From the IMG/VR virus record IMGVR_UViG_3300013426_000019, positions 94,769-158,768 of that record: a DNA stretch of 64,000 bases, one strand, 5' to 3'. This stretch comes from a virus. Its lineage: Duplodnaviria > Caudoviricetes. The position numbers and the translations under genes were made by a program. The notes under the pieces were generated by a model. It saw nothing but the letters and a program-made list of their open reading frames with translations. It did not search any database and was not told the DNA's origin. Each line of letters starts with the position of its first letter. Position 1 is the stretch's first letter. Below are positions 19,595 through 27,471 of this stretch, one piece after another.

Positions 19595-20550
19595 AAATAT
19601 CACACGAGTTCCCCTTGCAGTTCTACCTTAACGGTGTGGCAGAAAGCTTAACAGATTATGACTATTGTCTAGTACATAGATATATTGAAAATAAAGAATA
19701 TAGAGACTATATGAGAGGCCAGGTAGCTAAGGGTAGAACAGTGTACCTGGATAACTCCCTCTATGAATTAGGTAAGGCTTGGAATGATAGAGAGTATGCT
19801 AAAATTATAGAAGAGTTAAAACCTACATGTTATATGCTACCTGATGTCTTCAATGATTGTGAGGCTAATATTAAGTCTCAGGTAGAGTTCTATGAGAAGT
19901 ATAAGTTCCTGGAAAGCACCCCTATTGCAATACCTCATGCAAGCTCCATGACAGAGATGATCTTAGCTACCCACAAATTGTGTAAAGTAATGTCTCCTGA
20001 AGTTATGATTGCTATACCATTTGCTGATAAGTCCTTCAAAAATGATCAGAGATTGTCAGGTAGATACTTCAAACCAGAAGATGTACCTTATATCCCTCTG
20101 AGGCAGGCTCTTAATCGTAAGGTGTTCCTGGAAGTTACGGCTAGTGAACTTAAAACACGTAAAGTACACTTGCTAGGTTGTAAATCACTGGAAGAGTTCA
20201 GCTTGTGGAAAAGTTTAAAGTCTTATGATAAGAGCTTTGTGGCATCCGTAGATACAAGTCACCCCGTTGCTATGACTCTGGAAACTAAAGAAACTGCCCT
20301 CCTTAGAAATACCTACGAAGGAATAAGCGAAGGAGATTATCTAACTGGGACGTTCACGTCGACTACAAGAGCTCAGGACTTTGAAGGTGTGGATGCTAAA
20401 GAAATTAAGATGCCTATGAGTGTCTATAAGCCTATATACCTAATAGATAAACACTTTGAGGATCACTTCGATATGACTAATGTGTTGCCTAGACTTAATA
20501 AGAATGTGGAGTACTTCAGAGAAAAAATAAGAGAGTGGGAGATGAGTTAA
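19591..20550 (+). CDS. divergent TGT/DpdA-like TIM-barrel (candidate DNA guanine transglycosylase)
   Basis: YLDNS, LPDV, VHLLG and SVDTS motifs in TGT-fold order; lies just upstream of the que cluster. Confidence 0.55.
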   Translation: MKISHEFPLQFYLNGVAESLTDYDYCLVHRYIENKEYRDYMRGQVAKGRTVYLDNSLYELGKAWNDREYAKIIEELKPTCYMLPDVFNDCEANIKSQVEFYEKYKFLESTPIAIPHASSMTEMILATHKLCKVMSPEVMIAIPFADKSFKNDQRLSGRYFKPEDVPYIPLRQALNRKVFLEVTASELKTRKVHLLGCKSLEEFSLWKSLKSYDKSFVASVDTSHPVAMTLETKETALLRNTYEGISEGDYLTGTFTSTTRAQDFEGVDAKEIKMPMSVYKPIYLIDKHFEDHFDMTNVLPRLNKNVEYFREKIREWEMS

Positions 20551-20555
20551 AAAGT

Positions 20556-20795
20556 ATGAATGAATTGTATGAGAGGGTGAAAGAATGTAAGAAACAAGGA
20601 TTATCGGATGAAATAATAGTTATTAAACTCTTAGATAAAAATACATCTTCTAGAGATATCCTTGAAGAACTTAAAGAATATAATAATAGAGAAAAGTTAG
20701 CCTCACACTTAAAAGTTTGGGCAAGAACTCAAAAAATAGTAAATAAGCACAATGAATATGGAATCCCAATGATAGATAAAGATGAGGATTGGTGA
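20556..20795 (+). CDS. putative antitoxin
   Basis: 79-aa ORF directly upstream of a PemK-like gene; acidic C-terminus. Confidence 0.5.
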   Translation: MNELYERVKECKKQGLSDEIIVIKLLDKNTSSRDILEELKEYNNREKLASHLKVWARTQKIVNKHNEYGIPMIDKDEDW

Positions 20796-20796
20796 A

Positions 20797-21216
20797 ATGT
20801 ATATGTCAATTAAGCTCCATGAGATGGCAAAATATGAATATACTCTTGAAGAGGTTTTAGATTATGAGAAAAATAATAAAAATAGTTTGAGAGGATGTAA
20901 TACATATGAGATATACTACGCTTATATAGGGAGATATGATCAGCCGGGGGTATATGATAAAAGGCCTTGTGTTGTAATAGAAGACTTAGGAGAAAATGTA
21001 CTTGTGGCTAAAATTACAAGTAAGAGCAAAAATAGTCCTAGGAGATACTTAATTAAAAATTACAGAGGGCTGAATATAGAAAATCCTAGTTATATAAAAC
21101 TGGACGAAGAATTATATACAATAAGTAAAAAATGGCTGACACTCTTTTGTGGAGATATAAAATATTCAGATGCCTTAGAGATAGAAAAATTGATAGGAGT
21201 TAAAAAGTATGAATGA
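20797..21216 (+). CDS. PemK/MazF-like endoribonuclease
   Basis: KRPCVVI...VAKITS...GL...SYIKLD pattern of the PemK fold. Confidence 0.7.
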   Translation: MYMSIKLHEMAKYEYTLEEVLDYEKNNKNSLRGCNTYEIYYAYIGRYDQPGVYDKRPCVVIEDLGENVLVAKITSKSKNSPRRYLIKNYRGLNIENPSYIKLDEELYTISKKWLTLFCGDIKYSDALEIEKLIGVKKYE

Positions 21217-21300
21217 ATTGTATGAGGGGGTGACTTCACCATAATATAGGACTTAGAGGAAAATTGCTGAGCTTAATCGTTATATTAATATAAAGGAGCC

Positions 21301-21870
21301 TTGAAAATGAAAAATATACATATATCCTTAACAGGTGCAGCTTGTTCAGGTAAAACAACGCTTATGAATGCCTTGGCAAAAGAGTATCCTGAATTTGAAG
21401 TACAGAATGAAAGTGTTAGATATCTTAAAAATCAATATGGCATGGACTTCAGGTCAGGTAATGCAGCGTTGCAGTTATCTCTATTACATCTACAAACTAA
21501 GTACCTCCTAACTCCAGGGTATTATCTATTAGATCGCTCAAGTGTAGACTCTTGGTCTTATACTCAGTATTATAAGGATAGAGGTCAGAGCGATATTGAA
21601 TCCAATGTACTTAAATATGTGGAAGATGAATCTAGAAAAAATGCCCAGGAACTAATTGATCTCATTATATATCTTAGACCGGGCGACTTCGAGTTAGTGG
21701 AAGATGGGGTAAGAATTACAGATAAAGATTATATTAAGAATACCGATCTAGAAATGGAGAAGACTATTAAGAGGTGGAGGCTTGAAAATAAAGTAATTGA
21801 ACCTCATGGATCTGTGGAAGAAAGAGTTGAATATTGTAAAAAATATATTGATGAATTAATTGCAAAATAA
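21301..21870 (+). CDS. P-loop nucleotide kinase (AAA_28/NadR-like)
   Basis: ISLTGAACSGKTT, LDRSSVD, EDGVR. Confidence 0.75.
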   Translation: MKMKNIHISLTGAACSGKTTLMNALAKEYPEFEVQNESVRYLKNQYGMDFRSGNAALQLSLLHLQTKYLLTPGYYLLDRSSVDSWSYTQYYKDRGQSDIESNVLKYVEDESRKNAQELIDLIIYLRPGDFELVEDGVRITDKDYIKNTDLEMEKTIKRWRLENKVIEPHGSVEERVEYCKKYIDELIAK

Positions 21871-22015
21871 GGGAAGACTACTTAGGTAGTCCCTTATATT
21901 ATATATATCATCGCGTTTTTTGGGAAGCTTTAGCGCGTTAAATCAAACAAATCCCGCTTATATGGAATGTTATTCCTTTGCGGCGAATTAAAACTTACCC
22001 AAAGGAATTAATAAT

Positions 22016-23920
22016 ATGGAGAAAATTGATAAGATTATCAAATATGATGATCGCTCCAGTACAGTGGATAATCCTTTTGGGATTGTTAAGAAGGCCGTTT
22101 GCTTGGTATCAGGAGGCATGGACTCCGCTACAGTATTATGGCATACGGTTAAGAATTTAGGGGCTGATAATGTTAAGGCTCTATCTATCCATTATGGCCA
22201 AAAAGGGTCTATCGAATTACAGCATGCTAAAAAAGAATGTGAGCAGCTTGGCGTTGAAAGATTTGAAATGGATCTCTCTGATATCTTTAAGTATAATAAA
22301 GATTACTCCTCTTATATAAAAGGATCCTCAAAAGAAATTGAAAGTAAGGGTTACTCAGAACTTATAGAAGAAAAGTTGTCTAAAGGAGAAGCTCCTATCA
22401 GCCCAGAATATATCCCCGCTAGAAACCCTCTACTCCTTAACGTAGCTGCTTCAATTGGATTACAATTATTCAATAATCAGAAATTTGCTATTGTTCAAGG
22501 TATACATGCAGATGATGTTATGAAGGATTCAGTAGGCAACTCTGCTCCTGTATACCCTGATGCAGTGGCAGCCGGCTCTAAAATTTACATGGTTGATGGA
22601 TCTTCTAAAAACATTGAAGATGTAGAAATAGGCGATGCTGTTTGGGGTTTTGATGAAAACACTCAAAAAATCAGTAGATCTATAGTTGTGGACAAAATAG
22701 ATCAGGGTATTAGACCAGTATATCAGGCAGGCCCTACAAAAGTTTCTGAAAATCATTTAATGTGGATGAAAGGAAAGAATTTTCCTATCTTTAGAAGATA
22801 CTCAGAATTAAAGAGAAAAGACCCTTACTATGAAGGCTGGTCTTGGGATGCAGAGCCTTTTAATGTTGAAAATGAGGAAGATTATATTAACGGCTACTTG
22901 AGGGGTTTTCTCGATGGCGATGGTTATATAGGATCGAACGGATACATTTCAATAAGTCAGAAGGATAAATCAGTTCTCGAGGAGTGGTTACAATTAGCAG
23001 ATTTAACAAATTTAGCTTTAGATTCTTCAGCAAAGGGTAGACTCCGCTCGATTTCACGAAAGATTAATGGTATATACGAATGCTACATTTCAAGAGAAGC
23101 TTCCGATCTCTTAAGAAGGATTGAATATAAAGATAGTAGGGATTATGCTGCAGGTTATTTAAATGGTATGATAATTGCTGAAGGTAATTACACATATAAT
23201 CCTAGCTCAAATATGGGTGCTTTGGTCTTTTGTCAATCAGTAGAAGTTAATCCTCAAAAAGTAGATCTAATAGATAAGTACTTAGCTATTGTAGGATGGC
23301 ATTGTAATACCTATATAGATAATCACCATTGTAAAAATTGGAAATTTTCTAAGGCTTGGAGGATTCCTCTTAAATATGGAGCTGGAAAATTAAATATATT
23401 AAGATCTAAAATGGAGGATCATTTAAAGGTAAAAACCTTAAAAGGTATAAGAATATTAGGAATTAATCAGCAAGAATCACTAGGCGAGGAACATTGCTAT
23501 GACTTAACTACTACATCAGGCTCTTTTATTTCCGATGGGCTGTTAGTTCACAATTGTTCTCAGGACTTTGCGAATGCATATAATAAAATGATTCAATATG
23601 CAACTGCTGGACTTGTATATATCTACACTCCTCTTGCTAATAAGACAAAAGCACAGGTAGCAGAATTTGGTATTGCAAATGGTATGACTAAGGCTGACTT
23701 TAAAAATACATGGTCTTGTTATAGCGGAGCTACACATTATGACGCTAAAGAAGGGGAAAACGACCCTAAAACAGAAGATTCTTATTTATGTGCAACTTGC
23801 CAGGATAAATTGAGAGCTCTCGTTAAAGGTGCAAATTATACCGTTGAGGATATTCTAAGTCAATTTGATGTTCCAAGGGAATATGCAGAATTAAAATATA
23901 AAGAATATAAGGGAGTCTGA
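22016..23920 (+). CDS. queC: 7-cyano-7-deazaguanine synthase QueC containing an intein
   Basis: SGGMDS, HYGQ, YIPARN, YPD|C split by the intein, TWSCY, CATC. Confidence 0.9.
   Translation: MEKIDKIIKYDDRSSTVDNPFGIVKKAVCLVSGGMDSATVLWHTVKNLGADNVKALSIHYGQKGSIELQHAKKECEQLGVERFEMDLSDIFKYNKDYSSYIKGSSKEIESKGYSELIEEKLSKGEAPISPEYIPARNPLLLNVAASIGLQLFNNQKFAIVQGIHADDVMKDSVGNSAPVYPDAVAAGSKIYMVDGSSKNIEDVEIGDAVWGFDENTQKISRSIVVDKIDQGIRPVYQAGPTKVSENHLMWMKGKNFPIFRRYSELKRKDPYYEGWSWDAEPFNVENEEDYINGYLRGFLDGDGYIGSNGYISISQKDKSVLEEWLQLADLTNLALDSSAKGRLRSISRKINGIYECYISREASDLLRRIEYKDSRDYAAGYLNGMIIAEGNYTYNPSSNMGALVFCQSVEVNPQKVDLIDKYLAIVGWHCNTYIDNHHCKNWKFSKAWRIPLKYGAGKLNILRSKMEDHLKVKTLKGIRILGINQQESLGEEHCYDLTTTSGSFISDGLLVHNCSQDFANAYNKMIQYATAGLVYIYTPLANKTKAQVAEFGIANGMTKADFKNTWSCYSGATHYDAKEGENDPKTEDSYLCATCQDKLRALVKGANYTVEDILSQFDVPREYAELKYKEYKGV
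22562..23554 (+). mobile_element. intein (331 aa) with LAGLIDADG endonuclease; first residue Ala
   Basis: Starts AVAAGSKIYMVDG..KNIEDV..GD; block B SENH; LRGFLDGDG and LNGMIIAEG; ends CYDLT...LVHN|C. Confidence 0.88.
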
Positions 23921-23922
23921 AA

Positions 23923-24639
23923 ATGAACGAAACTAAAACAACAAAATCTTCGGATGTTAAGTTTGTAGAATTATCGCTATGTATTGCCTTTGTGGTTATT
24001 AGTATTGTATCTAACGTAATTGCTGGTAAAGTAATTAAGTTACCATTTGGTCTTACAGTAGCAGGTGCAAGTTTGTTGGTACCGTTCTATTGTATCTTAG
24101 ATGACCTCAATACTAACTGCTTAGGATACGGCTCGGCCAAACGATGGACCTGGCTATCCTCAGCAGCTAACATCTTCATGTCATGTATGTTTGCTCTTAT
24201 ATGTATCTGGCCAAGCCCTGAATATATTGACTCAAATGCATATAGTACAGTATTAGGCCAGTCTATTAGAGTAGTAGTAGCCTCTCAACTTGCGTTCCTA
24301 GTATCATCGTTCCTCAATAGTTATATTGTATCTAAGATGAAGGCTAGTTATGTTGATAAGGGCGGTGATACTAAAGACAAGTGGCATATCTTCTTCAGAA
24401 CATTTGGATCCTCAATTCCCGCAGTATTAGTGGATGCCTTCATCTTCAACCTTATTGCGTTCACAGGTAATATGCCTATGAGTACGGTTCTGGCTATGGC
24501 CCTTACTCAGTGGGGAGTTAAATTACTCGTAGAGCTTGTAATGCAACCTGTCTTGGTTAATATCATACCTTGGTTCATTAAAAAGACAGGTAAGGATGTC
24601 ATTGACAGAGAAGGATTCAATCCATTCAAAGTTGATTAG
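23923..24639 (+). CDS. yhhQ: queuosine-precursor transporter (YhhQ/QPTR, VUT family)
   Basis: Multi-TM protein; SNVIAGK, GY..AKR, R...AS..AFLVS...NS, R..GSS...VD..IF..IAF. Confidence 0.85.
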   Translation: MNETKTTKSSDVKFVELSLCIAFVVISIVSNVIAGKVIKLPFGLTVAGASLLVPFYCILDDLNTNCLGYGSAKRWTWLSSAANIFMSCMFALICIWPSPEYIDSNAYSTVLGQSIRVVVASQLAFLVSSFLNSYIVSKMKASYVDKGGDTKDKWHIFFRTFGSSIPAVLVDAFIFNLIAFTGNMPMSTVLAMALTQWGVKLLVELVMQPVLVNIIPWFIKKTGKDVIDREGFNPFKVD

Positions 24640-24759
24640 TGGCGAACTAATATGAAGTTATATTAATATATACAAGGGAGATAGTAGATCTCCCTTATAA
24701 TATAGGTGGTGTTTTGACTTCGGTATTCCACCTCAAAAAAACAGCTAAAGGAGAAAATA

Positions 24760-25509
24760 ATGATTAGCAATCACAAGATCCCTATAATGGAGATCTTTAA
24801 ATCAATTGATGGGGAGGCTTTTCATTCTGGACAAGCTACCGTATTTGTACGCACTTTTCAATGTAATCTAAGATGCGTTTATTGTGATACCAAATCCTGT
24901 TGGAATCTAAAAGAGTATGAGAAAGTCTATCATAAAGAACCTCAAATGATGACTGCTAGAGAAATTTTAGATAAAGTAGAAGAATTAGAAAAAGATTTTA
25001 AATATAAATCTATTTGTCTGACAGGCGGTGAACCTCTCTTGGAAGAAAATCAAGATTTTATAATTGAACAATTAATCCCTCTATTCCTAGAAAAAAACTA
25101 CGCAGTAAATATTGAGACAAATGGAGCTGTAGATTATAAAAGAATCAAAGATACTTTTGGAAATCCGGAAATTTTGGATAGTTATGGTAATAGAAAAGGT
25201 GTAACATTAATCACCGATTGGAAATTGTATTCTTCTAAAATGTCTAGAAAAATGATTGAAAACAATCTTAAGATTCTCTCTGAGTATGACCTTATTAAGT
25301 GTGTTATTTCTGATAAGGAAGAAGATTGGGTAGGATTCGAAAGAATATGTAAATCTGGAACAAAAGCTAAGATATACCTATCTCCTATGTTTGGAGAAGT
25401 TACAATGCATAGGATACCAGAATTTGTATTCAATCATCCTCAATATGATATAACTTGTCAGCTTCAACAGCATAAGTTTTTTTGGGATCCTAATCGGGTT
25501 TCTGTGTGA
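24760..25509 (+). CDS. queE: 7-carboxy-7-deazaguanine synthase QueE (radical SAM)
   Basis: EIFKSIDGE, CNLRCVYCDT, LTGGEP, ETNG, LQQHK. Confidence 0.92.
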   Translation: MISNHKIPIMEIFKSIDGEAFHSGQATVFVRTFQCNLRCVYCDTKSCWNLKEYEKVYHKEPQMMTAREILDKVEELEKDFKYKSICLTGGEPLLEENQDFIIEQLIPLFLEKNYAVNIETNGAVDYKRIKDTFGNPEILDSYGNRKGVTLITDWKLYSSKMSRKMIENNLKILSEYDLIKCVISDKEEDWVGFERICKSGTKAKIYLSPMFGEVTMHRIPEFVFNHPQYDITCQLQQHKFFWDPNRVSV

Positions 25510-25528
25510 AGAGGGGAGATAAAAAATT

Positions 25529-26647
25529 ATGTATACTCTAACTACAGAAATAGAATTGCCTATAGCTCATTGTCTTTATAATGGTGCTTATTCAGGATTA
25601 TGCGTAGGTAATGTTTACAGAGATAAAACCAATGATGGGGATTCAGATAGGTACGATTTAGGAGAAAATATCCTTCCCGTATTGCATGGCCATCAATATT
25701 TTATTACAGTTGATCTTATTATGGATGATAATAAGCTCAATGAGGATAGCATGCTTATTGATTTTAAATTATTTAAAAAAATAATTAATAAACATTTAGG
25801 TAAATATGATCATAGTATGATTTTATCAATGAATAATCCTTTAATTAAAATTTATGCACAAAATTTTAAAGACAACGGAGTAGACTTGAGTAGATCACGC
25901 CTTTATATATGGGGAGAAAAAGAAAATCCAACAGCAGAATATATGGCGAGAAGATGGTGGTTTGAACTTTTTTCAGAATTTCAAAGACATCAAGTCCCTT
26001 TGAAAAATTTAAAAATTTCAGTGGGAGAAACCCCTAACAATATATGTTCTTTTAGCTTATCTGAAAATGAAGCCGAATATTACTCTAAAACACCAACATA
26101 CATAGATCAGATAGTTTGTGGTATTTATAAAATTTCAAATTTAAAAACAGGGAAATCTTATATAGGAAGATCCTCAGATATTTTAAATAGGTGGAGACAT
26201 CATTTAAAAGAAGGGACTAAAGGGAATCCTTTCGACTTTATTTTAAGAGAAAATTTTAATCCTTTCGATTGGGATTTTTCTATTTTAGAAGAATGCAATC
26301 CTTCAGAATTAAATGAGAAAGAAATTATTTGGGAAAATCTTTATGGCACAATAGAAAATGGTTATAATGAAGCTGCCTGCGGTAAAGGAAAACCTTATTT
26401 AGAAGTAAAATCTTCAGAGGGAATAAAAGAAAGAAGAATAAAAAATAATAGAGAAGCTTGTAAAAAGAAAAGATTAGCACACCCGGAGGTAAGAAGAGCA
26501 TCTGATAAAAAATATGAAAATACTCCTTGTAAGGATCCAGTATCTAATGAAAATGTCACACTGACAGCTCTTCGGCGCAGAATGAAAGATCACCCAGAAA
26601 GATATAAAGGATATAAAACGGCTCCTTATTATAAAATAACAAAATAA
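25529..26647 (+). CDS. queD: QueD (6-carboxytetrahydropterin synthase) fused to a GIY-YIG endonuclease
   Basis: AHCL, LHGH, IDF, YDH, NPTAE, ETPNN, then CGIYKISN..TGKSYIGRS...R...H...E...GYN. Confidence 0.85.
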   Translation: MYTLTTEIELPIAHCLYNGAYSGLCVGNVYRDKTNDGDSDRYDLGENILPVLHGHQYFITVDLIMDDNKLNEDSMLIDFKLFKKIINKHLGKYDHSMILSMNNPLIKIYAQNFKDNGVDLSRSRLYIWGEKENPTAEYMARRWWFELFSEFQRHQVPLKNLKISVGETPNNICSFSLSENEAEYYSKTPTYIDQIVCGIYKISNLKTGKSYIGRSSDILNRWRHHLKEGTKGNPFDFILRENFNPFDWDFSILEECNPSELNEKEIIWENLYGTIENGYNEAACGKGKPYLEVKSSEGIKERRIKNNREACKKKRLAHPEVRRASDKKYENTPCKDPVSNENVTLTALRRRMKDHPERYKGYKTAPYYKITK

Positions 26648-26661
26648 AGAGGTTAATAAAA

Positions 26662-27339
26662 ATGGAAAGAAATTATAAAATAACAGAAAAAGAAATAGTT
26701 ACAAAAAATATATTCAACGAAAAAGATGAGAAGATGGTTAATCACTTAATCCACAAAATGCTGGGGTTAGACGACTCAGTTGAATTAGATGATAATCTCA
26801 AGGAATCACCTCATCGCTGGTGTAAGCTCTGGACTGAAATGACAGAGGGTTATAGAACAGATCCAAAATCTTATTTGGAAAAGTGCTTCCCATTGGACAC
26901 ACCTAACATGGCAGACGATCCTGAAAAGTTCAATGAAGAAAAAACAGCATCTCTATACCAGAACGGCATAGTAATGGTATCTACAGAAGCTTGGTCGAAT
27001 TGCATACACCACCTAGCTCCTATGCATGGGGAAATATTTGTTCTCTATATACCTGATAAAAAGGTAGTTGGTCTCTCTAAGATTGTTAGAATGGTTAAAA
27101 TGTACGGAAGAAGATTAAATCTTCAAGAGGGCTGGATGAATAATATAGCAGATGCTATGATGGAAGTACTCGAGCCACTAGGAGTTATGGTGTACTTCAG
27201 AGATATGACTCATAGTTGTGTAGCAATGCGAGGAAGTGCTGAGCAGACGAGCAGAACAAATTCAATAGCTGTGCGAGGTGTCTTCATTGATCCTAAAGTA
27301 AAAAATGAAGGATTGATGTTAGTTAATAATTCAAAATAA
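26662..27339 (+). CDS. folE: GTP cyclohydrolase I
   Basis: SPHR, CIHHLAP, YIP...VVGLSKIVR, RRLNLQE, HSCVAMRG. Confidence 0.92.
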   Translation: MERNYKITEKEIVTKNIFNEKDEKMVNHLIHKMLGLDDSVELDDNLKESPHRWCKLWTEMTEGYRTDPKSYLEKCFPLDTPNMADDPEKFNEEKTASLYQNGIVMVSTEAWSNCIHHLAPMHGEIFVLYIPDKKVVGLSKIVRMVKMYGRRLNLQEGWMNNIADAMMEVLEPLGVMVYFRDMTHSCVAMRGSAEQTSRTNSIAVRGVFIDPKVKNEGLMLVNNSK

Positions 27340-27471
27340 TTTATTGCAAAATAATTTATTGAGGCGGGGATGTCACAATGTTTATGATAGGTGAACATGT
27401 TTGTGAAAAAATTTCCACTAAATAAATAAGGAGAAGGGCCTATGATGTCTCAATAGGCCCTAAAAATTATT

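Larger units (their letters stand above)
20544..21233 (+). repeat. 37-bp direct repeats (20544..20580 and 21197..21233) flanking a two-gene cassette
   Basis: GAGTTAAAAAGTATGAATGAATTGTATGAG(A/G)GGGTGA, one mismatch. Confidence 0.9.

Noticed and set aside
20544-21233. CRISPR array from the 37-bp repeats
   Set aside because: Only two copies, separated by 616 bp of coding sequence; no cas genes or spacer-sized intervals
27442-27456. Genome-wide TAG recoding suggested by the in-frame TAG
   Set aside because: Many genes end cleanly at TAG (7665, 12220, 16907, 24639, 35766) and long ORFs are not fragmented under code 11
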